This document shows positions 26,491 to 32,588 of a stretch of DNA of 32,588 nucleotides, in pieces. The notes under the pieces are model-generated. The model saw only the letters and a list, made by a program, of their open reading frames with translations. It was not told the DNA's origin and ran no database searches. The DNA is from Nitrospiria bacterium (GTDB lineage: Bacteria; Nitrospirota; Nitrospiria; 2-01-FULL-66-17). Where the stretch lies: contig JBDSOK010000008.1 of assembly GCA_039914845.1 (NCBI GenBank), positions 1-32,588 of the forward strand. The letters run 5' to 3'. Position 1 is the first letter of the stretch; every line of letters begins with the position of its first letter. The position numbers were made by a program, and so were the translations under genes.

Positions 26491-27582
26491 ATGCGAGCCT
26501 CCCGCGTGGTCTCGGCCACCACCCTGGCGCGGGGCGTGTTCCCGCCCCTTCCCGTGCCGCTTCCCATTCCCTACCCCGTGATGGAATCCACGGCGTCCGA
26601 TCACTTACCCCCCGGAGATCAGTGGCAATTCGAGCCTAAATGGGACGGCTTTCGCTGCCTGATCTTCCGCTGGCAGGACCATGTCGTGCTCCAATCGAAA
26701 GCCGGGCAGCCGCTCACGCGGTACTTTCCGGAATTGGTGACCGCCGTCCGCAATCTGCGGGCTCCGGCCTTCGTGCTGGACGGCGAAATCGTCGTCGCGA
26801 TCGACGGACGCCTCTCGTTCGACCATCTGCTTCAGCGCATCCACCCCGCCGAATCGCGGATCCGGCGATTGGCGGGCGAGACGCCGGCCGGGTTCATGGC
26901 CTTCGATCTCTTGTATGAGGCCGATCGCGGCGGGCGATTGTTGGTGGAGGAGCCGTTGCGCCATCGCCGCGCGCGCCTGACGCGCCTGATCTCGAAAGCG
27001 CCCCCGGGCTCCCCCATTCGGCTCAGCCCCGCCACCGAAGATCGCCACGTCGCGGAGCAGTGGCTGGCGGAAGGGGCGGGTATGGGATTGGACGGCATCA
27101 TGGCCAAAACGTGGAACGCGCCCTACCGCAGCGGCGAGCGCGACGCGATGATCAAGATCAAGCGCGTGAAGACCGCCGACTGCGTGGTGGGTGGATTTCG
27201 GTATACGCGGGCCGGGGTCATCGGGTCGCTGCTGCTGGGTCTGTATGACGACGAGGGCTACCTCCACCACGTGGGACATACCTCGGCGTTTACCGAACGC
27301 GAGCGCCGGCAACTGCCGGACATGGTGGAACCGCTGAAGGGCGGAGCGGGGTTTACCGGCCGCGCCCCCGGCGGCCCCAGCCGGTGGTCCACCTCCCGAT
27401 CATCCGAATGGGAACCCCTCGCCCACCGCCTGATCTGTGAAGTCAGCTACAACCACTTCGCCCAAGACCGTTTCCGCCACGGAGCCATGTTCCTGCGCTG
27501 GCGGCCGGAGAAAGATCCGAAGGATTGCACGCTGGATCAGGTCCGCTCCGAACCTCGATCGCGGGAACCCCGTGTCGCGTGA
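26491..27582 (+). CDS. ATP-dependent DNA ligase (LigD ligase-domain/LigC-like)
   Basis: ATG at 26491 lies 5 nt after GGAGA. Motif I is EPKWDGFR (adenylation Lys), followed by FMAFDLLY, LDGIMAK and MIKIKR, with a C-terminal OB-fold region. Length is 363 aa. Confidence 0.88.
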   Translation: MRASRVVSATTLARGVFPPLPVPLPIPYPVMESTASDHLPPGDQWQFEPKWDGFRCLIFRWQDHVVLQSKAGQPLTRYFPELVTAVRNLRAPAFVLDGEIVVAIDGRLSFDHLLQRIHPAESRIRRLAGETPAGFMAFDLLYEADRGGRLLVEEPLRHRRARLTRLISKAPPGSPIRLSPATEDRHVAEQWLAEGAGMGLDGIMAKTWNAPYRSGERDAMIKIKRVKTADCVVGGFRYTRAGVIGSLLLGLYDDEGYLHHVGHTSAFTERERRQLPDMVEPLKGGAGFTGRAPGGPSRWSTSRSSEWEPLAHRLICEVSYNHFAQDRFRHGAMFLRWRPEKDPKDCTLDQVRSEPRSREPRVA

Positions 27583-27630
27583 CAACGTCACCTGCCTCGT
27601 CAAGAGTGTCCACACAGCCGGACGTGTGGT

Positions 27631-29241
27631 CTATCCCGGCGGCGAGGCCTTCTCGGCGCCCAGGCCGGTGTTCGCGCGGACCAGGAGTTCGGCGTACTTG
27701 GCCTCGGCGGCGGGCTCGCGGCCCAGCCACGTGCCGAGGAGGGCGCCGAGGAAGCCGAGCGGGATGCTGACGATGCCGGGATTCTCCAGCGGGAAGAGCG
27801 GGGCGGATTGGATGAGGTGGCGCGCGGCGCCGGTGACGGTCGGCGGGTCGATCGTCATCACGCTGGGGCTGACCACAATCAGCGCGATGGACGACGCCAG
27901 GCCGGTGGCGAGGCCGGCCACCGCGCCGCGGGTGGTGAAGCGTTTCCAGAAGAGCGAGAGGACGATGACCGGCAGGTTGGCGGAGGCCGCCACCGCAAAG
28001 GCCAGCGCCACCAAAAACGCCACATTGGTATTCGGCCCGACCACCAGGGCGATCGCAATCGACAGGACGCCGACCACGCACGCTGTCACCCGCGCGACCC
28101 GCACCTCTTCGCCGGGGCTCCGCTCGGCGCCCCGGTGCAGACAATTGGTGTAGAAGTCATGGGCGAACGAGGTGGAGGCGCTGATTGTCAGACCGGCGAC
28201 GACCGCAAGGATCGTCGCGAACGCGACCGCGGAGATGAACGCGAAGAAGACCTCGCCCCCCAGCGCCTGCGCCAACAGCGGCGCGCTCATATTGGTTCCG
28301 CCGTGGGCCGCGATCGCGTCACGCCCCACGATCGTCGCGGCGCCGAATCCCAGAAACGTCGTGAGAACGTAAAAACTGCCGATGATCGCCATCGCCCACA
28401 CCACGCTGATGCGCGCAGTCCGCGCGTCGGGCACGGTGTAGAAACGCACCAGGATGTGCGGAAGGCCCGCGGTGCCGAAGATGAGCGCGAGACCCAACGA
28501 GATGAGATCCAGCGCGCCGTACGGCGGTTTGAAGCGCAGGCCCGGTTCCAGGAAATTCCTGGTCACCTCCGCGCCGGACGGATCGTGGTAGGTCACGCGC
28601 GTGACCGCGTCGAAAAAGGCGCTCAGGCTGAACCCGAAGTGCGCCAGGACCAGCACGCTCAATAACACCGTTCCGCTCATCAGCAGCAGCGCCTTGATGA
28701 TCTGCACCCAGGTCGTGGCGAGCATGCCGCCGAACACGACGTAGACGATCATCAGCAGGCCCACCCCGATCACCGCCGCCTCATAGCCGATGCCGGAGTC
28801 CTTCAGCAGGAGCGCGACCAGGGCCCCAGCCCCCACCATCTGCGCGATCATATAGAACGTGCTCACCGTGAGAGTGGAGAGCGAGGCCATCGCGCGGACC
28901 GGCCGTGGGCTTAAGCGATAGGCCAGCACGTCGGCCATGGTGTACTTACCCACGTTGCGCAACGGTTCGGCGACGATCAGGAGGACGGTGAGATAGGCCA
29001 CCAGCCAACCGACCGAGTACATGAAGCCGTCGTAGCCCTGGAACGCGATGATGCCGGCGATCCCGAGAAAAGATGCGGCGCTCATATAGTCGCCGGCCAC
29101 CGCCATGCCGTTCTGCCAGGCGGTGATCCGGCGGTCGGCGGCGAAGAACGCGCCGGCTCCGCTGGATCGGCCCGCGGCCCAGTACGTCACCCCGAGCGTC
29201 ACCGCCACGAACCCGACAAATATCGCCAGCGCCGCGGTCAT
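27631..29241 (-). CDS. actP: Cation/acetate symporter ActP (SSS family)
   Basis: I place the start at ATG 29241 ([22 protein letters not shown]...), which makes an ATGA overlap with the upstream DUF485 gene. The 536-aa multi-TM protein contains [14 protein letters not shown] and [12 protein letters not shown], which are typical. The N-terminal 99 codons of the track ORF are rejected. Confidence 0.88.
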   Translation of the reverse strand: MTAALAIFVGFVAVTLGVTYWAAGRSSGAGAFFAADRRITAWQNGMAVAGDYMSAASFLGIAGIIAFQGYDGFMYSVGWLVAYLTVLLIVAEPLRNVGKYTMADVLAYRLSPRPVRAMASLSTLTVSTFYMIAQMVGAGALVALLLKDSGIGYEAAVIGVGLLMIVYVVFGGMLATTWVQIIKALLLMSGTVLLSVLVLAHFGFSLSAFFDAVTRVTYHDPSGAEVTRNFLEPGLRFKPPYGALDLISLGLALIFGTAGLPHILVRFYTVPDARTARISVVWAMAIIGSFYVLTTFLGFGAATIVGRDAIAAHGGTNMSAPLLAQALGGEVFFAFISAVAFATILAVVAGLTISASTSFAHDFYTNCLHRGAERSPGEEVRVARVTACVVGVLSIAIALVVGPNTNVAFLVALAFAVAASANLPVIVLSLFWKRFTTRGAVAGLATGLASSIALIVVSPSVMTIDPPTVTGAARHLIQSAPLFPLENPGIVSIPLGFLGALLGTWLGREPAAEAKYAELLVRANTGLGAEKASPPG

Positions 29242-29606
29242 CGCGTTCGCCGTGTGCGGATGGCGGCGACCACCGCGCGGGCCATCGCATCGAATCGGGC
29301 GGCGGCTCCCAGATACCAGGCGGCCAGGCCCCAGGCCATCACGAATTGCGAGAGCGCAAACAGATAGGCAAGATTGACGGGCCCGAGCACCCGCCGCTTC
29401 ATGATCTCGGGCGCGTAGCCGACCAAAATCGGAAGCGAGAAGTAATAGAGGATGAAGAAGCACGTGGCGGGAACGATGAACGCGCGCTTGGCCGCCAGTA
29501 GGCGCTGAAATTCCGGGAGCGCCGCCGCCCGGGACCAATCGACGGCGACCGCCTCGTCATCGACGTGGGGTTCCACGAAATCGGGGTCGGCGCCGACCGA
29601 GGGCAT
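29238..29606 (-). CDS. yjcH: DUF485 (YjcH-like) inner-membrane protein
   Basis: ATG at 29606. The 122-aa product has two predicted TM helices ([42 protein letters not shown]). It lies directly upstream of actP and is translationally coupled to it, which is the canonical pairing. Confidence 0.8.
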   Translation of the reverse strand: MPSVGADPDFVEPHVDDEAVAVDWSRAAALPEFQRLLAAKRAFIVPATCFFILYYFSLPILVGYAPEIMKRRVLGPVNLAYLFALSQFVMAWGLAAWYLGAAARFDAMARAVVAAIRTRRTR

Positions 29607-29736
29607 CAGCTCGCGCGCGCTGTGTCGGCGCCTGTCCTTTCGCTTGCGTCCCAACGCGGAGGCCTCACACACACGGTCGGGCAGTGTAGCAAAAAATGAC
29701 GGAGAAGAATATCGGAGGACTGAACCGCGGCGGAGG

Positions 29737-30330
29737 TTACCGGAGCGGCGTTCCCCAGGCGCCGCTGAAGACAAAGCGCGCGAGCGGCTCGCGAACCCGC
29801 GGTGCGAGTTCCCGCTGACGGAGCTTCTCGGGCAGGACCTCGGGATCACCGGGATAGCCCAGCGCGATCATCGCCACCGGATCATACCCATCGGGGATTG
29901 CCAGCTCGGCGCGGGCCTTCTCGACGTGAAACCCCGCCATCTGGTGGACGAAGAGCCCCATCGCCGTGGCCTGAATGATAAGATTTTCGACCGCGAGACC
30001 GACGTCGTGGAAGGCGTGCCGGTTCTCCTTCCCCGTCTCCTGAAAGCGCAACGCCGCCACCGAGAGCATCAGCACCGGCGCCTGCTTCGCCCACGCGGCG
30101 TTAGACTCGACCAGGCACCCGACCAGCCGGTCAAACTCCGCTCGCCGGTCCTTCGTGGCCACGATGAATCGCCACGGCTGCTCGTTGAAGCAGGACGCCG
30201 CCCAGCGGGCCGCCTCGAAGAGGCTGGTGAGGGTCTCCGGCGCCACCGGCCGTTCGCCGAACGCCCGGGGACTCCAGCGGCGCTGGAGCAAGTCGTGGAT
30301 GGGATAGGCGGTCTCGGCGGGCTTCTCCAT
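29737..30330 (-). CDS. Nitroreductase-family protein
   Basis: IHDLLQRRWSPRAF...LFEAARWAASCFNEQPWRFIV...IALGYPG are nitroreductase-fold hallmarks. I place the start at ATG 30330. The alternative ATG 30390 would overlap the upstream gene by 17 nt. Confidence 0.82.
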   Translation of the reverse strand: MEKPAETAYPIHDLLQRRWSPRAFGERPVAPETLTSLFEAARWAASCFNEQPWRFIVATKDRRAEFDRLVGCLVESNAAWAKQAPVLMLSVAALRFQETGKENRHAFHDVGLAVENLIIQATAMGLFVHQMAGFHVEKARAELAIPDGYDPVAMIALGYPGDPEVLPEKLRQRELAPRVREPLARFVFSGAWGTPLR

Positions 30331-30373
30331 TTTCTGGTCATTCTCGTTCAGGGCGTTCAAGGGTTTACGCCGT

Positions 30374-31099
30374 TCAATTGATTGAACCATGTGAACTCTT
30401 CAACGATCTGATGCCCCATACCACGGACAGGCCCGACAGGAACAGGAGCAGCGTCATCGGTTCCGGCACTGCGGCCACATGGCCCAGCGTCACATTGTCG
30501 AGCGCCACATATTCGGCCGAGAATTTTCCGGTCCAGAAATCGAGATGGGTAAAATACTCGCCTTCATCGGCGACAAAACCGAAGAACCGCATGTCGGTCG
30601 GCGCATAGGGCAGATCATCCACTCGTCTTTGGAACCAGCCGTCCAAATTCGTCGCCACCGTCACATACGCGCCGACGCTCGGGGTGTGGAGCGGATCATC
30701 GCGGTAGGCGGTCACAAAGCTCCCCAGGTCGAAGCCCAGCATGTCGTAGCGGGCCGACGGATCGATATCGGCGAGCAACAGGTCTCCATCGGCCGCCGCG
30801 CCGCCCAGGACATTGGTCTGCGGACCTTCGGGCGTCCCGGTCCCGACGATCGTGCCGCTGGCCGGCACCCGATAGGCTACGCCGTGGGAACTCCAGGATG
30901 GCGCGCGGCCGTCGCCGGCATCCGTCACCGGCGGCGACGTATAGCCATCCGACGAAAAATCCTCAAACCCGTCATTGAAGACGATGGTCCCCTGCGCTTC
31001 AAACGACGCGCGGTCCGTGTACAGCGTGAGTGCGTCCGCGCGATGAGGCATCAGACAGCACAGGACGGTGACGGCACACACACCGGGTAGAACTCTCAT
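30374..31099 (-). CDS. Secreted PEP-CTERM sorting-domain protein (function unknown)
   Basis: ATG at 31099 follows GGGAGA. There is an N-terminal signal peptide (MRVLPGVCAVTVLCCLMPHRADA) and a C-terminal VPEP-MTLLLFLSGLSVVWGI-RSLK, which is the PEP motif, a TM helix and a basic tail. Confidence 0.8.
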   Translation of the reverse strand: MRVLPGVCAVTVLCCLMPHRADALTLYTDRASFEAQGTIVFNDGFEDFSSDGYTSPPVTDAGDGRAPSWSSHGVAYRVPASGTIVGTGTPEGPQTNVLGGAAADGDLLLADIDPSARYDMLGFDLGSFVTAYRDDPLHTPSVGAYVTVATNLDGWFQRRVDDLPYAPTDMRFFGFVADEGEYFTHLDFWTGKFSAEYVALDNVTLGHVAAVPEPMTLLLFLSGLSVVWGIRSLKSSHGSIN

Positions 31100-31167
31100 C
31101 GGCGATCTCCCATGGGATACGGCTCGTTCCTCAGGGTAGAGCCCCGATGTTGCGCTATTGTTGCGCG

Positions 31168-31458
31168 TCAGGGAGGGGTGACGCCCAATTCCTCGATGAT
31201 TTTTCCTTTCGTCTTGGCGGGCTTGGGCGCCTCCGACGACTCCGTCAGCCACGGCGCAAAGAGCGTCCAGACCTTGCGGTGCTTGCCGATCTCATCGTCG
31301 CGCTGCATCAGCGCCCGAAGGCGGGCCCGCGCCGCGGCCAGCTCGGGATTGTTGGCGTCATCGAGAACCTTCAGAAAATTCTTCACGATGCCCTGAATCT
31401 CCGGCGCTTCGTCGCGCATGGCGTTCAGGAATCCCTCCACCTCATAATTCGTGACCAT
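31168..31458 (-). CDS. Hypothetical 96-aa protein (no family recognised)
   Basis: ATG at 31458 lies 6 nt after a strong AAGGAG. The frame shows G/C-rich third positions. The predicted sequence is soluble and helical, with a Lys/Pro-rich C-terminus. Confidence 0.6.
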   Translation of the reverse strand: MVTNYEVEGFLNAMRDEAPEIQGIVKNFLKVLDDANNPELAAARARLRALMQRDDEIGKHRKVWTLFAPWLTESSEAPKPAKTKGKIIEELGVTPP

Positions 31459-31524
31459 GCTTCGCTCCTTGTTCTGTCGGTCGTGACCGACCGCTGTGGT
31501 GATCGATACCGCGAATCCCGGCCC

Positions 31525-32463
31525 TCAAGCGGGCGGCCCATGCAACGCGGCGATTCGGGAGAGATCGTCGGCGCCCAGATACGGCGGCGCGCTCGCCCGG
31601 ACGAATTCCTCGATCTGCGCCGGGGATTTGATGCCGGGGATGACGGTGGAGACGAGGGGCGAGACCAGCACGTATCGCACGGCGGCCTCCGCGAGCGTCT
31701 TGACCTCCCCGCGCGCCAAAAAACGAAACGCCTCCACCCGATCGAGCAACGCGGCGAAGGCCTCCGGCGTCCACCGGCCGGCGCGATGATCCGTGGCGTG
31801 AAAATGCGCGCCGAGCCGGTACTTGCCCGAGAGCAACCCATATTCGATCGGCGTGCGGACGATGACCCCGACGCCCGCCCGCTCGATCTCGCCGCCGAGT
31901 TCCTGGAGCAGGTGCGGCCGCAGGAGGTTGTGGACGAACTGCAGCGTGGCGGCCGTTCCGCGCGCCAATACCAGCCGCGCCGAGGCCGCATCGCTCACCG
32001 ACACGCCGTAGTGCCGGATCAGGCCGCGGCGCTGAAAGTCCTCGACGATCTCAAAGAGTGGTCCGTCGCGCAGTTGATCGGCGGACGGATTGTGGAGCTG
32101 GTACAGATCGACGACGTCGACCTTGAGCCGCTTCAGACTGGCCGCGACGGCCGCTTCCAAATGGCCCCGCGAGAAGTCTTTGACCAGGCCGCGCGCGACG
32201 TCGTAACCGCCCTTGGTGGCGATCACCACCCGGCCGCCCAGACCGGCGAGTGCCTCGCCCAGCAAACGCTCACTGCGGCCGTCCCCGTACATGTCGGCGG
32301 TATCGAAGAAGGTCACGCCCAGTTCGAGGGCGCGTCGAATCGCGGCCAGCGACTCGCGGTCGTACGTCGGCCCGTAATCCGTGCCGCCGATCGACCACGC
32401 ACCGAAGCCGACCTCCGACACGGTAAAGCCCGTGTGGCCGAGCCGACGCGAATGCATGCCCAT
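31525..32463 (-). CDS. Aldo/keto reductase family oxidoreductase
   Basis: RRLGHTGFTVSEVGFGAWSIGG...FFDTADMYGDGRSERLLGEAL...IATKGG is an AKR N-terminal signature. The start is ATG 32463 or 32457, and the track's GTG 32481 is less likely. Confidence 0.88.
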   Translation of the reverse strand: MGMHSRRLGHTGFTVSEVGFGAWSIGGTDYGPTYDRESLAAIRRALELGVTFFDTADMYGDGRSERLLGEALAGLGGRVVIATKGGYDVARGLVKDFSRGHLEAAVAASLKRLKVDVVDLYQLHNPSADQLRDGPLFEIVEDFQRRGLIRHYGVSVSDAASARLVLARGTAATLQFVHNLLRPHLLQELGGEIERAGVGVIVRTPIEYGLLSGKYRLGAHFHATDHRAGRWTPEAFAALLDRVEAFRFLARGEVKTLAEAAVRYVLVSPLVSTVIPGIKSPAQIEEFVRASAPPYLGADDLSRIAALHGPPA

Positions 32464-32508
32464 GGCGGCGCATGGTAGCACGCGGTTTCGGCGAGGCGCA
32501 ACGCCCGC

Positions 32509-32588
32509 TAACAGGCTGCTGAAAAAGCCTGCGTGGGGGTTGCTCGAAGGGGGTTGGCCCCCTTCGAGGGGTCACAGGTCCCGGTTTT
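32509..32588. repeat. Family-A-related repeat, copy A4 (truncated by the window end)
   Basis: AACAGGCTGCTGAAAAAG (32510-32527) is identical to the reverse complement of the right end of A2. The interior differs and contains the perfect palindrome CTCGAAGGGGG-TTGG-CCCCCTTCGAG. Confidence 0.5.

Noticed and set aside
27437-29538. ORFs 27437-28153 (+), 27443-28144 (-), 27808-28665 (+), and the 99-codon N-terminal extension of the actP ORF
   Set aside because: These are alternate frames of actP. The extension overlaps the DUF485 gene in another frame and lacks an RBS, whereas ATG 29241 gives a canonical ActP N-terminus with an ATGA overlap.
31147-32478. ORF 31147-32478 (+), 443 aa
   Set aside because: It lies antisense to the aldo/keto reductase and to the 96-aa ORF, and its composition is Arg/Asp/Gly-rich and nonsensical.
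25289-32588. Accessory region as a mobile genetic island, prophage or defence island
   Set aside because: There is no integrase, transposase, recombinase, phage structural gene, restriction-modification gene or other defence gene. No tRNA or direct-repeat boundaries are visible, and the codon style looks like the rest of the window.

Overview
GC-rich bacterial chromosome segment, with G/C strongly favoured at third codon positions. About 75% of it (749-25288, + strand) is the conserved translation/transcription gene string: rpmG, tRNA-Trp, secE, nusG, rplKAJL, rpoBC, rpsL, rpsG, fusA, tuf, then S10/spc genes rpsJ through rplF. A partial, divergent ribD sits at the left edge. The string stops right after rplF, with no rplR, rpsE, rpmD, rplO or secY. 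At that point there is a ~125-bp repeat element, then a two-gene AEP polymerase plus ATP-dependent DNA ligase cassette (split LigD, or LigC/Prim-PolC-like) with no Ku in the window. Next comes a six-gene minus-strand cluster: aldo/keto reductase, a 96-aa orphan, a PEP-CTERM protein, a nitroreductase, DUF485/YjcH and ActP. Beyond the genes there are two intergenic repeat families. Family A is a ~125-135 bp element bounded by terminal inverted repeats, with 4 copies. Family B is a GTTG/CAAC-rich hairpin upstream of tuf, rpsZ and rpmG. L4 and L23 carry Lys/Ala/Pro-rich N-terminal extensions. There is a perfect sigma-70 consensus promoter before rpsL and a near-consensus promoter that would make ribD essentially leaderless. 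I found no CRISPR array, transposase, integrase, toxin-antitoxin pair or recognisable defence system, and no convincing novel multi-gene system. The most notable item is the operon break at the repeat, which could also be an assembly artefact. The many long antisense or out-of-frame ORFs in the track are high-GC shadow ORFs.
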